A stretch of 64,000 nt of DNA. Source: Bacteroidales bacterium (GTDB taxonomy: Bacteria; Bacteroidota; Bacteroidia; Bacteroidales; WCHB1-69). Under the pieces are notes generated by a model. That model saw only the letters and a program-made list of their open reading frames with translations, was not told where the DNA came from and did no database searches. Location: NCBI GenBank assembly GCA_017613015.1, contig JAGAEQ010000073.1, forward strand, positions 109-64,108, written 5' to 3'. The position numbers were made by a program, and so were the translations under genes. How positions within the stretch are numbered: the stretch's first letter is position 1; every line of letters starts with the position of its first letter. Of the stretch, positions 1-9,056 are shown in pieces.

Positions 1-497
1 GCATGGTGGGAATAAGAATAGGACGTATACAAAGAAATGAAAGAAGATCAGTAGTGTCCCGTTAAAAACGGGAAATGTCATCATATATTATTTATTATCA
101 ATATACTTAGCTACTATTAAAAATAAACGGATTTGAAATGAATCATCAATTCATTATTGTGGGAAGACAAATATTCATCTTTCATCTTCAATGTTTAAGC
201 GTTTGTATGAATGCGTTTCATATCCATTTGCAATTTTAACAGGACAGTAGTGTTTTCGAACTTCAAATGGATGAAAATTTAAAGGTAAAATCGATGGCTG
301 AGGTGATATTGAAATGATTTGAAAATCTTTGCAAAAGAACAATAAAGAAATATAAAAGAATCAACACAGTATCGTGTTGTATCAAGAGGAAAACACAAAC
401 ATTGTTGTAAGTGTTTTTTCCCACAAGGAACCAAGGACAATAGAAGCCATCTCGCATTGATTGACAGATAAATACAGAGAACCTCAAACTAATATCC

Positions 498-1079
498 ATG
501 CCCGACCGCCTTACCCCCACCCAACGCCATTACTGCATGTCGCGGATACACAGCAAGGACACCAAGCCCGAGCTGAAGGTGCGGCAGTGGCTGTGGAGGC
601 ACGGTTACCGCTACCGTCTGCATGTGCCGTCGGTGCCGGGCAAGCCTGATATTGTGATGCGGACCTACCGCACCGCCATTTTTGTGAACGGTTGTTTCTG
701 GCACGGGCATCACGTAGAGACGAGGCAGGCCCCGTCTCCGCAATCAATAGAGAATTCCCCGTGTTGCAAAATTCCGCAGACAAACCGGGATTTTTGGGTG
801 GCGAAAATCCGGCGCAACCAGGAACGGGACCAACGCAATTACCGACTGCTGCAAGAGAACGGATGGCAGGTGCTGGTGGTATGGGAGTGCCAGCTCCGCC
901 CGTCGCAAATAGAGCGGACCATGCAGGAAGCGGAAGTGCTTCTCAACCGTAACTACCTGCGCATCTGCAATCTCCCGAAAAAACCTTATCCTGTAGAAAC
1001 GGGCGAAACGCTGCCCGTGGCGGCAGAGGCAAGTCCGGATTATCCCCGCAGCGAGCCTTCCCCCAAGACCTCCGCATAA
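498..1079 (+). CDS. vsr: Very short patch repair endonuclease (Vsr)
   Basis: Carries the Vsr signatures SRIHSKDTKPE, FVNGCFWHGH, PQTNRDFW and GWQVLVVWEC. At 193 aa it is longer than typical Vsr proteins. It has an insertion after WHGHH, and its C-terminal tail overlaps the convergent GT4 gene by 40 nt. Confidence 0.9.
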   Translation: MPDRLTPTQRHYCMSRIHSKDTKPELKVRQWLWRHGYRYRLHVPSVPGKPDIVMRTYRTAIFVNGCFWHGHHVETRQAPSPQSIENSPCCKIPQTNRDFWVAKIRRNQERDQRNYRLLQENGWQVLVVWECQLRPSQIERTMQEAEVLLNRNYLRICNLPKKPYPVETGETLPVAAEASPDYPRSEPSPKTSA

Positions 1080-2191
1080 ACTTCGGCAAGCTGCCGTCCA
1101 ATGACAGCGGGCGAAAAGGTCCGGACCGCATAAGCGCGTATGGCTTCCTTGTCATAAGTGTGGCAGGTGTCCAAAAGTTGCCGCATGCCCTGCAACAGGG
1201 CCTCCTCGTCTTCGGAAGCAATCAGCAGCCCCCTTTCCGGCGAAAGGATTTCGGCGATGCCCCCCACATCGGTGGACAGCACCGGCAAACCGGAAGCCAT
1301 GGCTTCCACAATTACGCAGGGAAGGTTCTCAAAACGGGAGAACAACAGCAAAAAATCCGACAAGGCATAGGCCTCCGCCACTTCCGCCGAGGTTTTCTTC
1401 CCGTGGAGAAACACACAGTCCTCCAAATGGTTGTCTTTGATAAAAGCTTGAAAAACGGGGGCTTCGTAATCATGGATGACATGCAACTCAAAATCGTCGC
1501 GCTCCTGGCGCAAACGCACCAGCGTGCGGAGTATGCCGCTAAAATTTTTCGCCTCGTCCCGCAAGGTGGACACGTGCAGCATGCGTTTCTTACGTCCCTC
1601 CTCCGCGGTCTCCGCCAAACGGAACAAATCCGTATCCACCACATTGTAAATCACACGGAAAGGGCGGTGAATCCCTATGGACTCCATGTTCCGGCGCAAA
1701 TCATCACTGACCGGCATAATCCGAGACGCTCCATTGGCGACCCGCCGGATACGCCTTTTCAACGCGCCCCGCAGCAAAGCGGCGTTCTGCGGCTGATAAA
1801 TGGTCCAGTGCTCCGTCAGCACGTAAGGGAGACGGCGCCAGCGGCGCCATTGCAGCGCCAGACGCCCCGCAGGCCAGGCGACATGCACATGCAGCAGGTC
1901 GGGACGGAAATAACGCTTTCTGACATAGGAAAATCCATACTGATACGCCAGCCATTTCACGCATAGGCGCAACAGGCGGGAACGGACGGTTGGCGTCACT
2001 ATCTGCACATGCACAAAGCCTTTCTCCTGCATTTCCCGGATGAAAAAAGGCTTGCTCCCCTCCCCTTCGCACACCGAAAGCACGACGGAGCGGCAGTCTT
2101 CCGGCAAGGACTGAATCATGCGGAGACAGAAATTCCCCAAGGTGGGGTTTTCCGGCGTAGGGAACCAACTGGGCAAATGCAGCACATTCAT
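1040..2191 (-). CDS. Glycosyltransferase, family 4 (GT-B fold)
   Basis: The N-terminus MNVLHLPSWFPTPENP is typical of GT4. The C-terminal half has the ENLPCVIVEAMASGLPVLSTDVGG motif (E-x7-E region). Confidence 0.85.
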   Translation of the reverse strand: MNVLHLPSWFPTPENPTLGNFCLRMIQSLPEDCRSVVLSVCEGEGSKPFFIREMQEKGFVHVQIVTPTVRSRLLRLCVKWLAYQYGFSYVRKRYFRPDLLHVHVAWPAGRLALQWRRWRRLPYVLTEHWTIYQPQNAALLRGALKRRIRRVANGASRIMPVSDDLRRNMESIGIHRPFRVIYNVVDTDLFRLAETAEEGRKKRMLHVSTLRDEAKNFSGILRTLVRLRQERDDFELHVIHDYEAPVFQAFIKDNHLEDCVFLHGKKTSAEVAEAYALSDFLLLFSRFENLPCVIVEAMASGLPVLSTDVGGIAEILSPERGLLIASEDEEALLQGMRQLLDTCHTYDKEAIRAYAVRTFSPAVIGRQLAEVYAEVLGEGSLRG

Positions 2192-2203
2192 CGCGACCGG
2201 AGA

Positions 2204-3019
2204 TTAGCAGTCATGGGCACGCAGCGCCACTTCAAAGCACTGACGGGGAGCCTCATAGGGACTCAACTTGTGGGTTTCAAACGTTCCAAGGCTTTCCGGC
2301 AGATACACCGCACATAGCGTGTGGGCCACGTGATACAGCCGTCCCCGCATTTCCGGCGGCGTGCCTTCCAAAATGGCGGACAGCACATTCCAACGTATGC
2401 TTTCCGGATCATAGGCGTAGTCGTGCCACACGATGATGCTGCGCTCGTCCCGCCTCAGGCGAAAAGCGGTCCGGGTATCCTTCAGCACGGACTCCCGGTG
2501 ATGGTCCCCGTCCACGAAAATGAGGTCGAATTTTCCCTCATGGGGCGTAAAATCAAAGGTTTGTGAATCCCCGTACACTTGTTCCACACCGGCTTTGGAT
2601 TGGCTGAAAAAACCGTGCAGCCCGGCATAGTCCGGATTGTGCGTCAGGGCGACAATCCGCTCCTTCGGCAGATTGAAGGTCACGCAATGCGGCACCACCT
2701 CCGCCACATTGGCCACACTCTCTCCGCGCCAAGTGCCGATTTCAAAATAATCCTTCGCCCCATACTTCGCCGCCAAGGCTTTCAGCAAGGCAATGTCAAT
2801 GGGCATGGTCGCGCCCGAAAGGTAGGCGTAAGGAAAGACTTTTTCTTGAAAATCAGGAAACAAAGTGGAAAGCTCCACCAAGGGAAGCCCGTCGGGGCAA
2901 GCGTAGCGGCGCAGCGTCTCCTCCTTCGCAGCCCCCTCGTCTTGCAGCACCAGGTTCAGCAGATAGGGATGACGGCAGATGCGCCCTATGGCTTTGGTCA
3001 ATTTCCGCAGTTTATTCAT
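2204..3019 (-). CDS. Class I SAM-dependent methyltransferase (O-methyltransferase-like)
   Basis: Has a Rossmann motif YFEIGTWRGES and an acidic FVDGDHH motif. Its start overlaps the flippase stop in an ATGA junction at 3016-3019. Confidence 0.7.
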   Translation of the reverse strand: MNKLRKLTKAIGRICRHPYLLNLVLQDEGAAKEETLRRYACPDGLPLVELSTLFPDFQEKVFPYAYLSGATMPIDIALLKALAAKYGAKDYFEIGTWRGESVANVAEVVPHCVTFNLPKERIVALTHNPDYAGLHGFFSQSKAGVEQVYGDSQTFDFTPHEGKFDLIFVDGDHHRESVLKDTRTAFRLRRDERSIIVWHDYAYDPESIRWNVLSAILEGTPPEMRGRLYHVAHTLCAVYLPESLGTFETHKLSPYEAPRQCFEVALRAHDC

Positions 3020-4341
3020 CGCAGTTTTTTAAATACTTGCTTATATTCGGACACACACATCGTCCACTCGGCCTTGCCCGGCAGAAAATCCCGTCCCCGG
3101 AAACGCGACTCCCTGAGAAAGAAGCATAAAAGGAAAACCGCATTGACCGCATAGGACAAGGTGGAAGTAAGGGCCGCGCCCGCCGCCCCCATGCGGGGAA
3201 TCAGGGTGAAGCCGAAAAGGCAGGTGGCGGCCAGCCCGCAAAGCGAGGCAAAGGTGTTCATCTGGTAACGGCCTATCCCTGAGTAGTAATGCCCTAAAAT
3301 CAGGAAGAGGCAGTAAACCCACACGCCCGGCGCAAGGATGCGGATAAGTCCGGACACTTCGCCGAAAGAGGGGCCAAAAAGAAAGGCGTAGACCGAAGGC
3401 GGCAACAGGGCGAGCAGCAGCACGGCCACCGCCGACAGGGAAAGACAGAACTTGCTGAGACTGAGCGTCAGGCGTTGGGCGTATGCGGTGTCACCGGCAT
3501 TGGCGATACGGGCATACTGCACCAAAGCGATGCTGTTGCTGATAATCCACACGGCCTCCGCCAGGGAGACGGCGTTGGAGAACACCCCCACGCGCCCCTT
3601 GTCCAAGTAGTGGTCCAGCAGGTAATAGCTCAGCCTGAGGTTGAAAAACTGCACAAAATGGCCGGTCTGGTTGAGAAAACCGTATTTGAACAAATCTTTC
3701 AGCACCACCCGGTAGTCCGACGGCACGCGCTCCACACAAAAATATTCGCCGCGCAGCATCCAGACGCCCAGCAGCAGCGAGCCGCCATAGGAAACGTACA
3801 GCCCCAGCACATAGCCGCCGATATCCGTCCGCCGCAGCCCCACATAATACACCAACAGCGTGGCAATCAGCAGCACAGGCTGCAAAAGGGTGTTGTAATT
3901 GGCCTTGCCTATCTCCTCCTTTCCAATAAGGTAACGAGTATGGATGGCCCCCAGCGAAGCAATAAACGACAAAGCCGCCACATGCCACAGCAAGCCGGGC
4001 TCCAAACCGGCGGGATAGCACCACCGGAGCACACAACCCATGCCCACCGCCACCAAGGCCGCCCACACGGCGGAAGGAGGAAGCAGCTGGCGGAAACGGT
4101 AGCGGGGCGTCAGGAAAACCACGCTCTCCCCGCAAACGATATCGGAGAAAATCAGGATGAAGGAAACGGTGGTCAGCAGCAGGGTCTGCGTCCCCTTTCC
4201 GACATCGCCTATGGCCTGGGATATGACCACGGCAATCAGGAAATGGATGGCCGCCGCCGCGATTTTCGTCCCGAAAGTATTGAGTATCTTTTTGAACACT
4301 TGCTTTTCCGTTCGCAATTTACAAACTGCAAAATTACTCAT
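3016..4341 (-). CDS. Oligosaccharide/polysaccharide flippase (Wzx-like, MOP superfamily)
   Basis: Polytopic hydrophobic protein of 441 aa counted from the internal ATG at 4341 (MSNFAVCKL...). It is the first gene of a flippase-MT-GT4 operon. The 17 extra codons in the ORF track were trimmed. Confidence 0.8.
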   Translation of the reverse strand: MSNFAVCKLRTEKQVFKKILNTFGTKIAAAAIHFLIAVVISQAIGDVGKGTQTLLLTTVSFILIFSDIVCGESVVFLTPRYRFRQLLPPSAVWAALVAVGMGCVLRWCYPAGLEPGLLWHVAALSFIASLGAIHTRYLIGKEEIGKANYNTLLQPVLLIATLLVYYVGLRRTDIGGYVLGLYVSYGGSLLLGVWMLRGEYFCVERVPSDYRVVLKDLFKYGFLNQTGHFVQFFNLRLSYYLLDHYLDKGRVGVFSNAVSLAEAVWIISNSIALVQYARIANAGDTAYAQRLTLSLSKFCLSLSAVAVLLLALLPPSVYAFLFGPSFGEVSGLIRILAPGVWVYCLFLILGHYYSGIGRYQMNTFASLCGLAATCLFGFTLIPRMGAAGAALTSTLSYAVNAVFLLCFFLRESRFRGRDFLPGKAEWTMCVSEYKQVFKKLR

Positions 4342-4430
4342 TTTTTCAATGCCCCCTTCCCTCCCCTTCACGAAACCTGCCTGCGGAAACAAAAAAGCCG
4401 GGGCGTGGCGCGGAGTATTGCGATTTTAGC

Positions 4431-4438
4431 TATCTTTG
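4431..4438 (+). promoter_or_regulatory. Bacteroidetes -7 promoter element TATCTTTG (TAnnTTTG)
   Basis: Exact consensus match ending 32 nt upstream of the NifU-like ATG, in the divergent intergenic region. Confidence 0.45.
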
Positions 4439-4470
4439 CGTTTTTGTTTTCGTTTTACATTAAAACTTCT

Positions 4471-4722
4471 ATGCTTATGGAAATGACCACAGAACAGAAA
4501 GTGATCCACCTTCTCAACCAAATCCGTCCGCAGTTGCAGGAAGACGGCGGCGACATCCGTTTTGTGGAGCTTACACCGGAAAATATTGTCAAAGTGGAGT
4601 TGCAGGGAGCCTGCGGAAGCTGCCCCCACAGCCGCATGACCCTGAAAAACGGGGTGGAGAACGTATTGAAGAAATACATTCCCGAAATCGAATGCGTGTA
4701 CGACATTAACCTTGGTTTCTAA
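4471..4722 (+). CDS. NifU-like Fe-S cluster scaffold domain protein
   Basis: 83 aa. The motif GACGSCPHSRMTLKNGVE is the NifU C-terminal CxxC motif. It is only the last part of the 415-aa track ORF 3475..4722. Confidence 0.8.
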   Translation: MLMEMTTEQKVIHLLNQIRPQLQEDGGDIRFVELTPENIVKVELQGACGSCPHSRMTLKNGVENVLKKYIPEIECVYDINLGF

Positions 4723-4740
4723 CTTTTTTGCCCCTGCCTT

Positions 4741-5841
4741 ATGAGCTTGAAATGCGGAATCGTCGGTATCACCAATTCGGGCAAGACAACGCTGTTCAAC
4801 TGCATGTCGAAGACCAAGGCCCAAATCACCAACTTCGCCTTCAGCACCGGAAAATCCAATATAGGCGTATGCAACGTGCCGGACGAGCGTCTGGACCGCA
4901 TACACCAGCTTGTCCCGGCTGACAATCTGATTTACGCCCAAGTGGAAATCGTGGACATCCCCGGCCTGGCCAAGGGTTCCGGCAGCGGGGAAGGCATAGG
5001 CAACGCCTTTCTGTCCGACGTGCGCCAGTGCGACACCCTGATGCATGTGCTGCGCTGCTTCGACGACCCCAACCTGCCCCATGTGGACGGCAACGTGGAT
5101 CCGGTAAGGGATATTGAAACCATTGATTTTGAGCTACAAGTGACAGATTTGGAGCAAATCGGACGCAAAATCCAAAAGGTGGAAAAAGCCGCCCGTGTGG
5201 GCGACAAGGAAGCCAAAATCCAGCTGGAAAGCCTGCTCAAATACAAGCAGCATTTGGAGAACTTCCAAAATGTCAGCACCTTGGACGCGACCAAAGAGGA
5301 CCTGAAAGTGGTCAATGACCTCATGCTGCTGACCGCCAAGCCCATGATGTTCGTGTGCAACGTGGACGACGCCTCCGCCCTCGAAGGCAACGCCTACTCC
5401 AAAGCGGTGGAAGCCTGGGTGAAGGAGCATTACCCCAAAGCCGTGGTGCTGACCATCGCCGGGAAACTGGAAGCGGAAATCGCCGAACTGGACGAGGCCG
5501 ACCAGGGGGATTTCCTGGCGGACGTGGGGTTGTCGCAACCCGGCGTGAACAAGCTGCTGCGCGCCGCCTACCAGTCGCTACACCTGATTTCGTTCTTCAC
5601 GGTCGGAGGGAAGGAAAACCGCGCATGGACGGTGCCGGAAGGCACGCTGGCCCCCCAGGCGGCGGGCGCCATACACAGCGATCTGGAACGCGGATTCATC
5701 CGGGCCGAAGTCATCAAATACAGCGACCTGGTGCAGCTCGGTTCCGAAAACGCCTGCAAAACAGCCGGCAAAATGAGCGTGGAAGGGAAAAACTACATTG
5801 TGCAGGACGGGGACATTCTGCACATCCGTTTCAACGTGTAA
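4741..5841 (+). CDS. ychF: Redox-regulated ATPase YchF (Obg-family GTPase)
   Basis: Has the P-loop GIVGITNSGKTTLFN, the DIPGL motif and a C-terminal TGS-like region ending GKNYIVQDGDILHIRFNV. Confidence 0.95.
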   Translation: MSLKCGIVGITNSGKTTLFNCMSKTKAQITNFAFSTGKSNIGVCNVPDERLDRIHQLVPADNLIYAQVEIVDIPGLAKGSGSGEGIGNAFLSDVRQCDTLMHVLRCFDDPNLPHVDGNVDPVRDIETIDFELQVTDLEQIGRKIQKVEKAARVGDKEAKIQLESLLKYKQHLENFQNVSTLDATKEDLKVVNDLMLLTAKPMMFVCNVDDASALEGNAYSKAVEAWVKEHYPKAVVLTIAGKLEAEIAELDEADQGDFLADVGLSQPGVNKLLRAAYQSLHLISFFTVGGKENRAWTVPEGTLAPQAAGAIHSDLERGFIRAEVIKYSDLVQLGSENACKTAGKMSVEGKNYIVQDGDILHIRFNV

Positions 5842-5882
5842 ATTTTTCCGGGAAAAGCCCGTTTGCAAACCGCATTTTTACG

Positions 5883-5890
5883 TATCTTTG
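5883..5890 (+). promoter_or_regulatory. -7 promoter element TATCTTTG
   Basis: Exact TAnnTTTG match, about 68 nt upstream of the ATG at 5958. Confidence 0.4.
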
Positions 5891-5957
5891 CCTGCTTGTC
5901 TCCCGCCCGTCGGGAGGCGGCGAAGATAACTTATAATTTTGTCAAAACCAGTATCGT

Positions 5958-8396
5958 ATGAATCATATTTCATCTTTTCTCAAAAAAAGTTTGGCGGTAG
6001 TGGCGCTCTTTGTTTGTGCCAACGCGCAGGCGCAGACCAGCCCCTACGACGATTTCTCCACAGAGGCGCTGTCAGAGAACAAATACTACATCAAAAACTT
6101 CAACCCCATCGATTTCGATCCGGACATCCTGAATGCCTGCATCATCGATGTGATTAACATGGCGAGGGCAAAATACACGCACGCGGACCCACTGACGGAG
6201 AGCGACATACTGGCGGCGGCGGCGGATTTCCAGTCGCAGCACATGGCCAAAAAAGAGGAGAAATCCTATGAAAACCAAGTCTCCTACCTGAAACACACGG
6301 AAGACAGGGGCTACCGCGCCGGAGGCACCAAACGGGTGTCGGAAGTGGTCACCCGCGTCAAGGCGACCAAGGGCAGCGGCAAAGAGGAGTACTCCTACCT
6401 GGACGTGGCCACCGAAACCGTGATTTCCATACTGAAAAGCAGCAAAATCGCCTCCATCCCCTTAGACAAGAAATTCAAAGTGGTGGGCGTGAGCGTCTCC
6501 GTGGACGGCTACAACAAATACTGCTATGTCTCTGTGGTCTTGGGCAATGACCTGTCGTTCAACCGTAGCGACATCACCTACAAGAACACCACCTACACGC
6601 GGAAAACCTACGGTCTGGCACGCTACAACGCCAAAACCTGCCGCAAATGCAACATCCGCAATATAGAAAATCTGCACAAAGGTTTGGAAATCACAGGAAA
6701 TGATATTTATTTCCGCTATCCGAACGTCAAGGAGCTGCGCCGCATCATCGGCAACAAAAAGGACGGCATCGCCCTGGACATCGTGCAGCACAGCCAATAC
6801 CCCTGCAACTCCGCCAACGACGTGGATTTCAACTACTACAACAGGGGCGTCATGATGAAATACATGACCTATGCGAAAATGGTGAAAAAGAACCAGATTA
6901 CCGACAAGAAGGACAAAAGCCTGTACGTGTACCTCGGTTCCGTCCCTGCCAATGTCTCCGCCCCCTTTGACGTGAACCTCATTCTGATTAAGGACAAGAC
7001 CGTCTGCCGCACCCTGGGCAAAACCAATGTCAGCGTGCCGAAAAACGTGTACCAGACCAAAACCAGCCTGGTTCCCGACCTGACCGGCGTGAAAACCACC
7101 ATCAACTACGTGCCCCAGCCGGAAAAAGCGGTCTTTGAGTTCAAAATACCTTTCGAGCAGAACAAGTCCGAATACCAACCCTCGGACATACAGCCCTTCA
7201 TTGACGCGCTGCACGAATCCCGCTTCACCATCGACAGCCTGCACATCACCACCTACACTTCCTTGGAAGGCGGCGAAAAGTCCAACATGGAACTGCAGAA
7301 AAAACGCTCCGAAAGCATTCTGAAAGCCATGCGCTCCATGGAAAACAAGGCCATCCCCTGCTCCATCGAGCTGAAAGACGGCTACGAGCTCTTCGTCCGG
7401 GACGTGCGGAACACCGAATACAGCCAACTGGCACGCAAGAGCAAAGAGGAAGCCATGGCCGCCCTGTCCAACGCACGCACCCGCAAGGCCCTCGAACCCA
7501 TGCTGAAAGGTCATCGCTACACCCTTATTGAAATGCACGCCACCTACGACATCAGCGAAAAATACGAACAGGACTTCGTGACACGCAAATTTAACAAAGC
7601 CATGGCGGACAAGAACCTCCCCTTAGCCTTCGCCATCGAAAAGTTCTACATGAAGCGCGTGGAGGACGGGCAATATGTCAAGAGCCTGATCGACAGCCTG
7701 CAAATTCCCTACACCCAAGCCATGGTCCCCTTCCTGACCAACAAGTACTACATGCTTTCCTTCTTCCCTGACGGCTTGGACGCCAAAGCCATCAACGAGG
7801 TCACGGGCATGCCGAAACTCAGCCCGAAGAACACCATCGTGGAATTCAACGCCCTCTGCTGCGAAATCATCGGGAAAGACATCACCAGCCCCGCCCAGAT
7901 TGCGAGCACCCAAAGCAAAATCGACAAGTTCCACAACACCGACATGGGCAAGAAGTTCCCACGCAAAGTGGACGCCTTGAACCTGATATACCAATACAAA
8001 ATACTGGATTACATCAATTCCAGCGAAAATCCGGACGACGCCCTGATGGACAACACCTACGCCAAAATCAAGGAAATCGCCCTGCCGACCATCAGCGAAT
8101 GGCAAAAAGCCTACGAAGTGGCCTCCTCCTTCATCAGCTACGGGGACTACGAGTTCGCCCGCGCCGCCATGGACCCCTTCCTCAACGACCCGAAAGTGAG
8201 CGAGGATTTCCTCTTCACCTACCTGTCCCTCTATGCCATGGACGAGAACACCTACACCTCCGCCAAGTTTGACAAAGCCTGCCAACTGGCCGCGCAGCGC
8301 AACGCCCAGCGTTTTTGCAAGACCATCCAAGGTTTCACCTACCTGATACGGGAGAACGCGGAGGCAAAAAAGGTGATTTGCAGGACATGTAAGTAG
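5958..8396 (+). CDS. Secreted multidomain protein of unknown function
   Basis: 812 aa. Signal peptide KKSLAVVALFVCANAQAQ. The N-terminus resembles a CAP/SCP domain. The central segment LHITTYTSLEGGEKSNMELQKKRSESILKAM resembles a degenerate OmpA-like motif. The C-terminal third is helical. Codon usage matches its neighbours. Confidence 0.8.
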   Translation: MNHISSFLKKSLAVVALFVCANAQAQTSPYDDFSTEALSENKYYIKNFNPIDFDPDILNACIIDVINMARAKYTHADPLTESDILAAAADFQSQHMAKKEEKSYENQVSYLKHTEDRGYRAGGTKRVSEVVTRVKATKGSGKEEYSYLDVATETVISILKSSKIASIPLDKKFKVVGVSVSVDGYNKYCYVSVVLGNDLSFNRSDITYKNTTYTRKTYGLARYNAKTCRKCNIRNIENLHKGLEITGNDIYFRYPNVKELRRIIGNKKDGIALDIVQHSQYPCNSANDVDFNYYNRGVMMKYMTYAKMVKKNQITDKKDKSLYVYLGSVPANVSAPFDVNLILIKDKTVCRTLGKTNVSVPKNVYQTKTSLVPDLTGVKTTINYVPQPEKAVFEFKIPFEQNKSEYQPSDIQPFIDALHESRFTIDSLHITTYTSLEGGEKSNMELQKKRSESILKAMRSMENKAIPCSIELKDGYELFVRDVRNTEYSQLARKSKEEAMAALSNARTRKALEPMLKGHRYTLIEMHATYDISEKYEQDFVTRKFNKAMADKNLPLAFAIEKFYMKRVEDGQYVKSLIDSLQIPYTQAMVPFLTNKYYMLSFFPDGLDAKAINEVTGMPKLSPKNTIVEFNALCCEIIGKDITSPAQIASTQSKIDKFHNTDMGKKFPRKVDALNLIYQYKILDYINSSENPDDALMDNTYAKIKEIALPTISEWQKAYEVASSFISYGDYEFARAAMDPFLNDPKVSEDFLFTYLSLYAMDENTYTSAKFDKACQLAAQRNAQRFCKTIQGFTYLIRENAEAKKVICRTCK

Positions 8397-8479
8397 TAAG
8401 AAGCAAGAAGTAAGAAGGGGCGGGGCATGCACCGGCCAAAAACGAATAAAATTAACAGAAAATTGTAAAAACATTACCT

Positions 8480-8854
8480 ATGAAGAAAGTGATTCATACC
8501 GAGAACGCGCCCAAAGCCATCGGGCCCTACAGCCAAGCCATTGAAGCCAACGGCATGTTGTTCATTTCCGGACAGATTCCGGTAAACCCCGCCACCGGCA
8601 CCGTGCCGGAAGGCATCACCGCCCAAACCGAGCAAGTGCTGAAAAACGTGGAGGCCATCCTTAAAGAGGCCGGTTACACCTTCGACAATGTGATCAAGAC
8701 CACCTGCCTGCTGAGCGACATCGCCAATTTCAAGCCGATGAACGAAGTGTACGCCAAGTACTACACCAAGGACTGCCCCGCCCGCGCCGCCTTCGCCGTG
8801 AAGGACCTGCCGATGGGCGTGCTGGTGGAGATAGAGACCATCGCCGCGAAATAA
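8480..8854 (+). CDS. ridA: RidA family reactive-intermediate deaminase (YjgF/L-PSP)
   Basis: Carries APKAIGPYSQAI and ISGQIPVNP. At 124 aa it has the typical RidA length. Confidence 0.9.
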   Translation: MKKVIHTENAPKAIGPYSQAIEANGMLFISGQIPVNPATGTVPEGITAQTEQVLKNVEAILKEAGYTFDNVIKTTCLLSDIANFKPMNEVYAKYYTKDCPARAAFAVKDLPMGVLVEIETIAAK

Positions 8855-9056
8855 GCGTTTCACCGTATACATTTAATATATTATTCGGTGCGCGCACTCC
8901 CCGTCATCGTATCCCTTACCGCAGCCGCCCTTCTCACGGGCGTGCTGCTGTTTTTCGCGGGATGCGAGAAGGAGCATTGTTGGGGAATACAATGCATTCT
9001 TTTAAATAAACAATAACATAGAATAACAAATAATCATTAACAAAAACAACGAAGGT

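Noticed and set aside
263-520. 85-aa minus-strand ORF in the AT-rich tract
   Set aside because: It has the Phe/Ile/Leu/Asn-rich composition expected by chance in AT-rich DNA. It overlaps the vsr start and has no promoter motif or recognisable domain.
3475-4470. First 332 codons of the 415-aa plus ORF 3475..4722
   Set aside because: Antisense to the flippase gene. Only the last 83 codons (the NifU-like domain, downstream of its own promoter at 4431) are credible.
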